DNA of 64,000 nt from an uncultured Chloroflexia bacterium (lineage in GTDB: Bacteria; Chloroflexota; Limnocylindria; Limnocylindrales; CSP1-4). Where the stretch lies: assembly GCA_963819655.1 (NCBI GenBank), contig CAWFXA010000002.1:1216001-1280000 (forward strand), in the 5' to 3' direction. The notes under the pieces are model-generated. The model was given only the letters and a program-made list of their open reading frames with translations, did not search any database and had not been told where the DNA came from. The translations under genes were made by a program, and so were the position numbers. Shown one piece after another: positions 20,320-29,457 of this stretch. Position 1 is the first letter of the stretch. Each line of letters opens with the position of its first letter.

Positions 20320-21408
20320 GAGCCGGCGCCGGCAACGGTCGCGACCCGGGCGGCTCGCCTCGTTGATGTCGACCCGGAACGTCCCGGACTTGATCGCCTG
20401 CTCTTTCTCCTGGACCTTCGTCAGGAGGTCCGGTGGCACGCCGCCGGCGACGGCCGCGTTGACCTCGGCGAGGGCGGCCCCACCCTTGGCGACCATGCTG
20501 AAGTCCTTGAGGTCCTGGGCGGTGTATGACCCGGCCAGGACCTGGTCGATGACGTACTCGACCGTCGGAGTCATGTTCCAGGTCACGCTGGTCACGACGT
20601 TCTGTGGCGCGAGCTCCTTCTGGTCGCTCATGTTGCCGATCGCGACCAGGTCGTTCTCGGCCGCGGCCTCGATGACCCCGAAGCGCTCGGCGAACAGGAC
20701 GTCGGCCCCTGCACCGATCTGCGCGAGGGCAGCCTCCTTCGCGGTCGCCGGATCGAACCAGCTGTTGAGGAACGTGACCTTGACCTCGACGTTCGGGTTG
20801 GTCTCCCTGCGCGCCCTGCGATGAAGGCGTTGATGATGCGGTTGACCTCGGGGACCGGGTATCCGCCGACGACGCCGAGCGTGTTCGATTTCGTCAGACC
20901 GCCGGCGAGCATCCCCGCGAGGTAGGCCGGCTCATGGATCCAGTTGTCGAACACCGAGAAGTTCGGTTCTGCCGGGCCGCCGCCCGACCCGAAGACGAAG
21001 GCGATGTCCGGATAGTCGGCGGCCACGCGACGCGCGGCTTCCTCGTTGCCGAAGGCGTCGCCGAAGATGATGTCCGGCTGATCTCGTCTCTGCGACCTCC
21101 CGCAGGACGCGCTCCATGTCGCCGGAGTAGCCGATCGCGTCCGTGAACGAGTACTCGATCCGACCATCTGCCTTCTCGCCCTCGAGGGCCGTATGGATGA
21201 CGCCGTCCCATGGCTCCTCGATCTCGGTGGCGAACGCACCGAAGACCTTGATCGACCCGGCGGCGGCGCTTGGTGCCGCGCTTGCCACCTGGCTCGCCGC
21301 CTCACTTGCGGGCGGCGTGGTCGCACTGGGCGACGCCCCACCACAGGCGACGACGATCGTGGCCGACACGATGGCGAGCACGAGAGAGCGACGACGATGA
21401 CCGATCAT
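20320..21408 (-). CDS. BMP-family (nucleoside-binding) ABC substrate-binding lipoprotein (frameshifted; 3' end approximate)
   Basis: Lipobox VVAC; [21 protein letters not shown]...PEV.R; strong RBS AGGAGGAGG before ATG 21408. Confidence 0.82.
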
Positions 21409-21593
21409 GGCCTCCTCCTGCCTCCAGCTCACCGCCGTCCACACCCATCCGACGGTCCGGCTGCTGGCCTTCTCGGGTCGCGTCGCCTCCGGATCGGGCG
21501 CTCCGGCTCGGAGTGACCGCCGCGACCCTTCGTCAGCAGATCGCGAACGGAAAGCTGCGAGCCGCGCGGTGTCCCGGCGCAACGGCTGGCCGA

Positions 21594-21622
21594 AGTGTCG
21601 GTCTCGGTCCGGGTAGTGTCAA
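21594..21622 (-). promoter_or_regulatory. Sigma70-type promoter for the nucleoside ABC operon
   Basis: Minus strand TTGACA (21617-21622), 17-nt spacer, GACACT (21594-21599). Confidence 0.6.
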
Positions 21623-21712
21623 ACCGCCGATCCTCTTGCTCGACCCGGACCGTCCACGTTCCCGCGGGCTACCATGCGAGGCGATGCGCGTCCCCCGTCA
21701 CGAGCCCGGCCG

Positions 21713-22984
21713 ATGAGCCATCCGCCGCTGCGCGTCGCGGTCCTCGGGGCCGGGACGGTCGGCGGTGCCGTGCTCGAGGGACTGACCCACCACACCGAGC
21801 GACTGGCGACCGCTGACGGTCGGTCGATCACGCTGACCGCGGTCGCCGTGCGCGATCTCGACAAGGCGCGCGGGAACGGGTTTCCCGCCGACCTCCTGAC
21901 CGACGCGCCCGCGCATCTCGTTGCCGATCCCGAAACCGACGTCATCGTCGAGCTGATGGGTGGCATCGAGCCTGCCCGGACGCTCATCGCGGCCGCGCTC
22001 TCCGCCGGGAAGCCGGTGGTCACCGCCAACAAGTCGTTGATCGCTCATCACGGGCCGGAGCTGGAGTCGGCGGCGCGCCGGAACGGTACCGCGTTTCGGT
22101 TCGAGGCCGCCGTCGCCGGTGGGATCCCAGTGCTCGGGCCGCTCGCCGCGGACCTGGCCGCCAACGAGATCGTCCGAGTCCGCGGCATCGTCAACGGGAC
22201 GACGAACTACATCCTGACCGCGATGGCCGATGACGGCCGGCCGTACGACGAAGTCCTCGCCGATGCGCAGGAACTGGGCTACGCGGAGGCCGACCCGGCC
22301 GGCGACGTCGAGGGCGACGACGCGGTCAACAAGCTCGTGATCCTTGCGCGGCTCGCATTCGGCCGATGGCTCGATCCGTCGACTGTCGGGCGGCGACCCC
22401 CGACCGCTCGTGGCATGGGAAGGCCGGGGATCACCGGCGTGACCGATCACGAGTCGGAGGGAGCGGCGGCGCTCGGGCTGACGATCAAGCTCCTCGCGAG
22501 CGCATCGCGTCGCGGCGACGCGATCGAGGCGGCCGTGATCCCGACCGCCGTCCCGGCCGACAGCCCATTCGGCTGGACGGACGGCGTCACCAACCGCATC
22601 GAGGTCGAGGCCTTGCCGCTCGGCACTGTCGGTCTCGCCGGTCCCGGCGCCGGCGGAGCCGCCACGAGCAGCGCGGTCCTCGGCGACCTCATCGCGGTCG
22701 CGCGCGGACAAGGTTCCACCTGGGCTGGGCTCCTTCCCGCCACGGGCGCCGCGATCCCGGCTGTCGACCCGCTCGACGCGCCCCGTCGCTGGTTCGCCTT
22801 CCTGGGCGCCGTCCGATCGAGCGACGGAGAGCTGCCAGCCGCCATCGGCCGAGCAGCGTCGGTCGACTTCGACGACGGCACGGCGATCCGGACCGATGTC
22901 GTGACGTTGGCCGATGCGCAGGTTGCGTTCGATGCCGTCCTGCCGGACGGTGCGGACGTAACGCTGTATCCGGTCGATGACTGA
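21713..22984 (+). CDS. hom: Homoserine dehydrogenase
   Basis: [50 protein letters not shown]. Confidence 0.95.
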   Translation: MSHPPLRVAVLGAGTVGGAVLEGLTHHTERLATADGRSITLTAVAVRDLDKARGNGFPADLLTDAPAHLVADPETDVIVELMGGIEPARTLIAAALSAGKPVVTANKSLIAHHGPELESAARRNGTAFRFEAAVAGGIPVLGPLAADLAANEIVRVRGIVNGTTNYILTAMADDGRPYDEVLADAQELGYAEADPAGDVEGDDAVNKLVILARLAFGRWLDPSTVGRRPPTARGMGRPGITGVTDHESEGAAALGLTIKLLASASRRGDAIEAAVIPTAVPADSPFGWTDGVTNRIEVEALPLGTVGLAGPGAGGAATSSAVLGDLIAVARGQGSTWAGLLPATGAAIPAVDPLDAPRRWFAFLGAVRSSDGELPAAIGRAASVDFDDGTAIRTDVVTLADAQVAFDAVLPDGADVTLYPVDD

Positions 22985-24068
22985 GGCGGCGATGGCGGCA
23001 GACTCCGGCTTGCGGCCGCGGCTCATGGACCGCTATCGCCGATTCCTGCCGATCACCGACGCGACGCCCTCCCTCAGCCTCGGCGAGGGCGCGACTCCTC
23101 TGGTCCGGGCAGGGCGGTTGGCGCGGTCGATCGGCCTGCGGAACCTGTACCTGAAGGTCGAAGGCCAGAACCCGACGGGGTCGTTCAAGGACCGCGGCAT
23201 GGTCGTGGCCGTCGCCAAGGCGATCGAGAGCGGCGCGCGGGCCATCGTCTGTGCGTCGACCGGGAATACCTCCGCGTCGGCCGCTGCGTACGGCGCCGCC
23301 GCCGGCCTCGAGGTCATCGTCGTGTTGCCGCGTGGCCAGATCGCGCTCGGCAAGCTGCTGCAGGCGCTCGCAGCCGGCGCACGCGTCATCGCGGTCGACG
23401 GCAACTTCGACGACGCCCTGCGCATCGTGCGCGCCCTGGCCGAGCAGGACGAGCATCCCGTGACGCTGGTCAACTCGGTCAACCCGTTCCGCCTCGACGG
23501 GCAGAAGACCGCCGCGTTCGAGGTCTGCGACGACCTGGGCCGGGCACCCGACATCCTGGCCATCCCGGTCGGCAACGCCGGCAACATCAGCGCGTACTGG
23601 GCAGGCTTTCGCGAGTACGCCGATGCCGGGCTGACGCGCTCGACGCCCGCGATGTGGGGCTTCCAGGCAGCCGGCGCCGCGCCGCTCGTGTACGGGCGCC
23701 GCGTCGAGCGTCCGGAGACCGTCGCGACGGCGATCCGGATCGGCGCGCCTGCGTCGTGGGACAAGGCCATCGCGGCCCGCGACGAGAGCGGTGGTCGCAT
23801 CGAAGCGGTCACCGATGACGAGATCCTCAGCGCGTATCGCGACCTTGCGACCCTCGAAGGCGTGTTCTGCGAGCCCGCCTCGGCGGCGAGCATCGCCGGA
23901 CTGCGCAAGATGGCCGCGGCCGCCAAGCTCGACCCTGACGCGACCGTCGTGGCGGTCCTCACCGGTCACGGTCTCAAGGACCCGCAGACCGCCGAGCGCC
24001 AGGTGCCTGGAGTGATCGAGACCGCCCCGACGCTCGGGGCCGTGGCCGTCGCGCTGGGCTGGAGCTGA
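22977..24068 (+). CDS. thrC: Threonine synthase
   Basis: [41 protein letters not shown]. Confidence 0.95.
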   Translation: MTEAAMAADSGLRPRLMDRYRRFLPITDATPSLSLGEGATPLVRAGRLARSIGLRNLYLKVEGQNPTGSFKDRGMVVAVAKAIESGARAIVCASTGNTSASAAAYGAAAGLEVIVVLPRGQIALGKLLQALAAGARVIAVDGNFDDALRIVRALAEQDEHPVTLVNSVNPFRLDGQKTAAFEVCDDLGRAPDILAIPVGNAGNISAYWAGFREYADAGLTRSTPAMWGFQAAGAAPLVYGRRVERPETVATAIRIGAPASWDKAIAARDESGGRIEAVTDDEILSAYRDLATLEGVFCEPASAASIAGLRKMAAAAKLDPDATVVAVLTGHGLKDPQTAERQVPGVIETAPTLGAVAVALGWS

Positions 24069-24071
24069 TCG

Positions 24072-25037
24072 ATGGTCGCCCACTGGCTCGCCGAGCTCGA
24101 CGGTCGCCGCGTCACGGTCGAAGTCCCGGCGTCATCGGCCAACCTGGGCGCGGGCTACGACTGCCTCGGCGTGGCGCTGGCACTGACGAACCAGATCGAG
24201 GTCGAGGTCCGCGGCTGGAGTCGCGGCCTGATCGAGCTCACCATCGAGGGCGAGGGCCGCGAGGAGCTGACCGAGGACCGGGACAACCGCTTCGTCCGGG
24301 GGCTCGAGGCGGCGATGGGCGCTGCCCGCGGCGAGCTGCCGGAGGGCGTCGGCTGGCGGATCGCGATGCGCAACGGCATCCCGTTCGCGCGTGGGCTCGG
24401 GTCTTCGGCCGCCGCGACCGTGGCCGGCATCGTGGCCGCGAATGCGCTTCTCGGCGAGCCGCTGGACATGGCGGCGCAGCTCCGGATCGCGGCCGGCATC
24501 GAGGGCCACCCGGACAACGCGGCCGCGGCTCTGCTCGGCGGCTTCGTGGCCTCCGCCGCGACGGCCGACGGTGTCGAGGCGATCCGCGTCGATACCACCC
24601 GCGACCTGCGGGCCGTGCTGTTCATCCCGGAGCGCCGCCTGCCGACCGAGGCGATGCGCAAGGCCCTGCCCGCGACGATCCCGCTCGAGGACGCGGTCGC
24701 GAACCTGGGAGCCGTGGCCCTCGGCGTGGCGGGGCTCGCCACCGGTCGGACCGACATGCTTGCCCGGCTCACCGTGGACCGGATCCACGAGCCATATCGG
24801 GCCAAGGTCTACCCCGAAATGCCGCGGATGGTGGCGGCCGCCCGCGAGGCCGGCGCCCTCGGCGCCTGTCTGTCCGGCGCGGGCTCGACGATCATCGCCT
24901 TCGCGGACTCCATGTCGCAGATCTCGCGGATCGAGGCGGCATTCGTTGCTGTCGCGGCGGACAGCGACCTCGATGGTCAAGTCGTCGTCGTCCAGCCGCG
25001 CAACGCGGGTGCCAAGGTCATCGACACGGGCCGCTGA
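24072..25037 (+). CDS. thrB: Homoserine kinase
   Basis: VPASSANLGAGYD, IPFARGLGSSAA, EGHPDN, LSGAG. Confidence 0.95.
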   Translation: MVAHWLAELDGRRVTVEVPASSANLGAGYDCLGVALALTNQIEVEVRGWSRGLIELTIEGEGREELTEDRDNRFVRGLEAAMGAARGELPEGVGWRIAMRNGIPFARGLGSSAAATVAGIVAANALLGEPLDMAAQLRIAAGIEGHPDNAAAALLGGFVASAATADGVEAIRVDTTRDLRAVLFIPERRLPTEAMRKALPATIPLEDAVANLGAVALGVAGLATGRTDMLARLTVDRIHEPYRAKVYPEMPRMVAAAREAGALGACLSGAGSTIIAFADSMSQISRIEAAFVAVAADSDLDGQVVVVQPRNAGAKVIDTGR

Positions 25038-25222
25038 TGGACGACCTCGGCTCGACGGTCGGCAACGGCATCACGGGCCTCGTCGGCGGGGCGTTCGAGG
25101 CCATCGGCTCGGCGTTGCGCGGCATCGTGGCCGCGGGTGAAAGAGCTCTCCCCAACGGCCTGCTGTGGGCCGTGGTGTTCGTGGTGCTCGTGATCGCAGC
25201 GTGGACCCTGGCCAAGCGCTAA
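25037..25222 (+). CDS. Small hypothetical membrane protein (61 aa)
   Basis: TGATG coupling to thrB; amphipathic N-terminal part plus one C-terminal TM helix; typical codon usage. Confidence 0.65.
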   Translation: MDDLGSTVGNGITGLVGGAFEAIGSALRGIVAAGERALPNGLLWAVVFVVLVIAAWTLAKR

Positions 25223-25229
25223 GGCCCGA

Positions 25230-25991
25230 TCACCCGCCGGTCTGCGCCTCGATGAACGCCAGGACCTCGTCCCACGCGGCGGCGCTCTGCGGCGCGAACT
25301 CCTTCGCCTTCCGGTCGAAGAAGCTGTGTGGCGCTCCGGGATACGTCACGATCCGGCGGTCGATGCCGCGCTCGGCCAGGCCCCGATCGAATCCCTCGAT
25401 CGCCTCGGCCGAGATGCCCTGGTCGGCACCGCCGAACAGCCCGAGGACAGGAGACGCGATGTCGTCGATCCGGTCGAGCGGAGCCGGCGCGTCATTCCGC
25501 CACGGCCCTGCCAATGTGCCGTAGAAGCCCATCACCCCCACGAGGTCGAGGCCGAGCGTCGCCGCCAGGAACGACATCCGGCCACCCATGCAGAAACCGA
25601 GCGTGAAGCGCGCCGCGATGCCATCACTGCGAAGCGCCTCGACGCCAGCGGTGATGTCGGCTGAGATGCCGGCCCAGGTGGTCATCTTGACCTGGGGCAT
25701 GTGGTCGAACGCCTCGCCACGGGGCTCATCGCCGGCCGTCCGGCCGAACCAGTCGATCGCGACCGCGTCGATGCCGCGCTCCGCGAACCGCAGCGCGAGC
25801 TCCTCATAGAACGGATGGAGGCCGCGAACGTCGGGCAGGAGGACGACGCCGGCTCCGCCAGGCTCCGCTGGCCGGGCCCGAAAGGCCGTGAACCGGTTGT
25901 CGTCGGCTGCAGTCAGCTCGATGCGTGAGCCGTCGAGGGCGCCTCCGGCGATCGGTGCGATCGGCGGTCGGCTGTCATGGTCGAAGCACAT
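25230..25991 (-). CDS. Dienelactone hydrolase family protein
   Basis: Nucleophile motif GFCMGG, FGGAD, YPGAPHSF; RBS GGAG before ATG 25991. Confidence 0.9.
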   Translation of the reverse strand: MCFDHDSRPPIAPIAGGALDGSRIELTAADDNRFTAFRARPAEPGGAGVVLLPDVRGLHPFYEELALRFAERGIDAVAIDWFGRTAGDEPRGEAFDHMPQVKMTTWAGISADITAGVEALRSDGIAARFTLGFCMGGRMSFLAATLGLDLVGVMGFYGTLAGPWRNDAPAPLDRIDDIASPVLGLFGGADQGISAEAIEGFDRGLAERGIDRRIVTYPGAPHSFFDRKAKEFAPQSAAAWDEVLAFIEAQTGG

Positions 25992-26039
25992 GAGGCGTCT
26001 CTCCTTCGGCTCCGCGGCGGGGCCGGCTCGTCGCGGCTC

Positions 26040-26177
26040 GATACGACGAAATCGTCGCATCTCCCGCCGAGACGGGGGACGTTCGTGCACGGAATGAATA
26101 CCGTGTTCGCCCTGCGCGATCTCGCCCAGGCCCGAATCGCCCGATCTCGACGCAAGATGCGACGAAATCGGCGCATC
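26040..26177. repeat. Pair of 22-bp imperfect palindromes (GATRCGACG-AAAT-CGKCGCATC)
   Basis: 26040-26061 GATACGACGAAATCGTCGCATC and 26156-26177 GATGCGACGAAATCGGCGCATC. Confidence 0.8.
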
Positions 26178-26244
26178 CCGTAGCGGAGGGCTGCGCCTGG
26201 CCCCGCTCGCGGAGATCACGGAATCCGGCAGTAGAATGCCCCGC

Positions 26245-27507
26245 ATGCCCGGCCCCCTCGTCGTCCAGAAGTACGGCGGCTCATCGGTCGCCGGGGCGGA
26301 CCGGATCAAGCGGGTCGCCCGGCGCATCGCGCGTGAGCGTGCGGCCGGCCATGACCTCGTGATCGTGGTGTCCGCGATGGGCGACACCACCGACGAGCTG
26401 CTCGGTCTCGCAGCGGCCATCACGGATGACCCCGATCCCCGCGAGCTCGACGTCCTCCTCGCAACGGGCGAGCATCAGAGCGCCACGCTCGTGTCGATGG
26501 CGCTTCATGGCATCGGTATCCCGGCCATCAGCCTGACCGGGCCACAGGCGGGCATCACCACCGACGGCACGTACGGCCGGGCACGCATCGCCGGGATCGA
26601 GCCGCGCCGGGTGCGCGCGGAGCTCGAGGGCGGCAAGGTCGTGATCGTCGCCGGCTTCCAGGGGCAGAGCGCGGCCCAGGCCGACGACCAGGAGATGACG
26701 ACGCTCGGCCGTGGCGGCAGCGACACCACCGCGGTGGCCCTCGCGGCGGCGCTGCGCGCCGATCGCTGCCAGATCTTCACCGACGTGCGCGGCATCTTCA
26801 CCGCCGACCCCCGCCTGGTCCCCCAAGCGCGCCAGCTGCCGCTCATCGGCTACGAGGAGATGCTCGAGCTTGCCCACCAGGGCGCCCAGGTCATGCAGGT
26901 CCGGGCAGTCGAGCTGGGCTGGATCAACGAGGTCGTCATCGAGGTCCTGAGCTCGTTCGAGGACGCGCCGGGCACTCTCATCAAGGAGGATCCGCTCGTG
27001 GAACAGCGCAACAAGGTCCGCGGGCTCGCCCACGACCGGAACGTCGCCAAGGTCACTGTCGTGGCGGTCCCGGACCGGCCGGGCATCGCGCGGGCGATCT
27101 TCGATCCGCTGGCCGCGGCCGGGGTCAACATCGACATGATCGTGCAGAACGTCGGCCACGGCGGCGAGACCGACCTGTCATTCACTGTCCCGGAGGTCGA
27201 GCTGGGGAAGGCGAAGAAGACCCTCGAGCCGGTCGTCCGCGAGCTGGGCGCCCGCGAGCTGACGACCGATGCATCCGTCGCCAAGGTGAGCATCGTCGGG
27301 GCCGGGCTGCACAACTCCCCGGGCTACGCCGCCCGGATGTTCGGCACTCTGGCCGACGCCAAGGTCAACATCGAGATGATCTCGACGTCCGAGGTGCGGA
27401 TCACCTGCATGATCGCCGAGGACGAGCTCGAGATCGCATTACGCGCGCTGCACGAGGCGTTCGAGCTCGAGCGGCCGGAGCCCGTCGAGGTCGCGGCGGC
27501 CGGCTGA
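26245..27507 (+). CDS. lysC: Aspartate kinase with two ACT domains
   Basis: VQKYGGSSV, VVSAMG.TTD, TLGRGGSD, TDV.GIFTADPR, STSEVRI. Confidence 0.96.
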   Translation: MPGPLVVQKYGGSSVAGADRIKRVARRIARERAAGHDLVIVVSAMGDTTDELLGLAAAITDDPDPRELDVLLATGEHQSATLVSMALHGIGIPAISLTGPQAGITTDGTYGRARIAGIEPRRVRAELEGGKVVIVAGFQGQSAAQADDQEMTTLGRGGSDTTAVALAAALRADRCQIFTDVRGIFTADPRLVPQARQLPLIGYEEMLELAHQGAQVMQVRAVELGWINEVVIEVLSSFEDAPGTLIKEDPLVEQRNKVRGLAHDRNVAKVTVVAVPDRPGIARAIFDPLAAAGVNIDMIVQNVGHGGETDLSFTVPEVELGKAKKTLEPVVRELGARELTTDASVAKVSIVGAGLHNSPGYAARMFGTLADAKVNIEMISTSEVRITCMIAEDELEIALRALHEAFELERPEPVEVAAAG

Positions 27508-27531
27508 CCGCCGTCCCCTCGCTTGCCCACG

Positions 27532-28371
27532 ATGGCCCAGTTCATCGCCCGCCTCGAGCGCTTCGACCTCGTCGGATCGACGAATGACGTCGTCCGGAGC
27601 TGGCTGGCGGACGGCACGCCCGAGGTCTGCCTGGCGATCGCCGACGAACAATCGGCGGGGCGTGGGCGAGATGGCCGGACGTGGTCGGCTCCGGCGGGGG
27701 CCGCGCTCCTTCTGTCGGCTGGTTTCCGGCCGTCGTGGCTCGCTGCAGCTCAGCTGTGGCGGTTGGCGGCTTCGGTGTCGCTGGCGATGGCCGAGGCAGG
27801 CGAGTCGATCGTGGGGCTCCCCGCTGGCTCGATCCGTCTCAAGTGGCCGAACGACCTGGTGGTCGAAGCGGAGGCCGGCGTTCGCAAGCTGGCTGGAGTC
27901 CTCGGAGAATCGACGGGCATCGGGACCGACGATCCGCGTGCCGTCATCGGCATCGGCGTGAACGGCGATTGGCCGACGGATGCGTTCCCGGCGGACCTCG
28001 CCGGCACGATGACGTCACTCCGCGCCCTTGCAGCCGGCCGGCCGATCGACCACGCAGCCCTTCTGGACGCGTTCGTCGAACGCCTTGAAGGACGGGTTGT
28101 CGCGTTGCGCGACGGCCGGTTCGACGTAGACGACTGGGCGGACCGGCAGGTCACGACAGGCCGCGCTGTCGTGCTGATCTCACCGGGCGGGGATGCCACG
28201 ACGGTCAGGGCGCTCGGCGTCGACCCGTCGAGCGGCGTGCTCGTCGTTGCGGATCCGACTGTCGATGGCGGCCAGCGCACGGTCGTCGTGGGCGAGATCC
28301 GTCATGTCCGGGTGCCGGCGATCCCGGAGACCGCCGCGACGTCGGCGGCTGCGGCGCAGGCACGGGTGTAA
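27532..28371 (+). CDS. birA: Biotin--[acetyl-CoA carboxylase] ligase (no N-terminal HTH)
   Basis: STND, EQSAGRGR.GR.W, LKWPND, KLAGVL.E, GIGVN. Confidence 0.93.
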   Translation: MAQFIARLERFDLVGSTNDVVRSWLADGTPEVCLAIADEQSAGRGRDGRTWSAPAGAALLLSAGFRPSWLAAAQLWRLAASVSLAMAEAGESIVGLPAGSIRLKWPNDLVVEAEAGVRKLAGVLGESTGIGTDDPRAVIGIGVNGDWPTDAFPADLAGTMTSLRALAAGRPIDHAALLDAFVERLEGRVVALRDGRFDVDDWADRQVTTGRAVVLISPGGDATTVRALGVDPSSGVLVVADPTVDGGQRTVVVGEIRHVRVPAIPETAATSAAAAQARV

Positions 28372-28375
28372 CGCG

Positions 28376-29014
28376 ATGGCCCGTCCGGCATTGAGGAAGA
28401 CGACGCGGTCCCAGCAGTCCGCTCGCCCACGTCTTGCCCACCTCGATCTTGATCGGTCGCTCGTGGATGCGGCACGGGCCGACCCCGCGCGGTTCGACGC
28501 GCTGTACCGGAAGTACGTTGCCCAGGTGTACAACTACGCGGTCTACGAGCTCGGCGACCATCACGAGGCAGAGGACGCCACGGAGCGGACGTTCCTGTCC
28601 GCCCTGGCTGGCCTGCCGCGGTTCGAGGAGCGCGCCCTCCCGAGGGACGGCGAGGGCGCGTCGACGTTCCGCATCTGGCTGTTCCGGATCGCCCGGAACG
28701 TCGTCAACGAGCGACGCCGTCGCTGGCGCCGCCGGCCCGAAGCACCGCTCGACCTGGCGCTCAGCGCCCCCGACCCGACCGACATCGAGCACGCCGTCGT
28801 CGCGCGCGAATCGGCGCTGTCGGCGTGGCGCGCGGTCGATCGTCTGAGCGGGGATCGCCGGCGCGCTGTCATCCTGCGTTTCGTCCACGAGATGTCGACC
28901 GCCGAGATCGCCGCCATCCTCGGCCGGTCGGAGGGAGCGGTCCGGGTCCTGATCCATCGCGGCCTGCGCGGCGTCGCACGCGACCTGCGCGACCGTCGCG
29001 AGGGGAGTGCGTGA
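28376..29014 (+). CDS. ECF sigma-70 factor
   Basis: Region 2 (FDALYRKY...AEDAT..TF...FRIWLFRIARN) and region 4 (LS...RRAVILRF..EMS.AEIA.ILGRSEGAVRV..HRG). Confidence 0.92.
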   Translation: MARPALRKTTRSQQSARPRLAHLDLDRSLVDAARADPARFDALYRKYVAQVYNYAVYELGDHHEAEDATERTFLSALAGLPRFEERALPRDGEGASTFRIWLFRIARNVVNERRRRWRRRPEAPLDLALSAPDPTDIEHAVVARESALSAWRAVDRLSGDRRRAVILRFVHEMSTAEIAAILGRSEGAVRVLIHRGLRGVARDLRDRREGSA

Positions 29015-29457
29015 CCGTCGGGTCGTCCGCGCGTGACGGGGAGATCGAGGCGCTCGTGGTCGATCGATATCTCGAATCGCTGCTCGCGCGCGCGCCGCGC
29101 GACACGGCGGACGTGCCCGAGGACCTGCGGGTGACCGCCGAGCGGCTGGCGACCGGCCTGCCGCGCTATCACCCGTCCTTCCGCTTCGAGGATGAGCTGG
29201 CCGCGCGCCTCGCGCTGGCCGCGGGTTCGGCGACCGGCACGATCGGCGAGGTGATCGACTTCCGCGCGCCGCGGCCGCGCGACCGCGGCGCGACCGATGA
29301 CGGCCGTGGCCAGGTTCGCCCGGTGGTGATCGGCGGCGTGGTCACATCGGCGGCGATCTCGCTCGCGGCCGCGTGGATGGCGTGGCGGCGCGGCCGGCCG
29401 CCCGCCGACGCGATGACGCGCGCCATGCGCGCCGTGGCCCGGACGAGGATCGTCTGA
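29011..29457 (+). CDS. Putative single-pass membrane anti-sigma factor
   Basis: Coupled to the ECF gene (GTGA) and to accD (TGATG); P..RF...L.ARL helix; one C-terminal TM. Confidence 0.55.
   Translation: MTVGSSARDGEIEALVVDRYLESLLARAPRDTADVPEDLRVTAERLATGLPRYHPSFRFEDELAARLALAAGSATGTIGEVIDFRAPRPRDRGATDDGRGQVRPVVIGGVVTSAAISLAAAWMAWRRGRPPADAMTRAMRAVARTRIV

Noticed and set aside
21409-21590. Guanidine-I (ykkC) or purine riboswitch
   Set aside because: Only superficial AGGG...CCGAGA similarity; the 3' ACAC-GG...AAAAGCC-GGGAG module and the purine-riboswitch core are absent. Kept only as an unknown structured leader.
25992-26244. Lysine riboswitch upstream of lysC
   Set aside because: No L-box consensus seen, and TAGAAT 7 nt before the ATG suggests a leaderless transcript.
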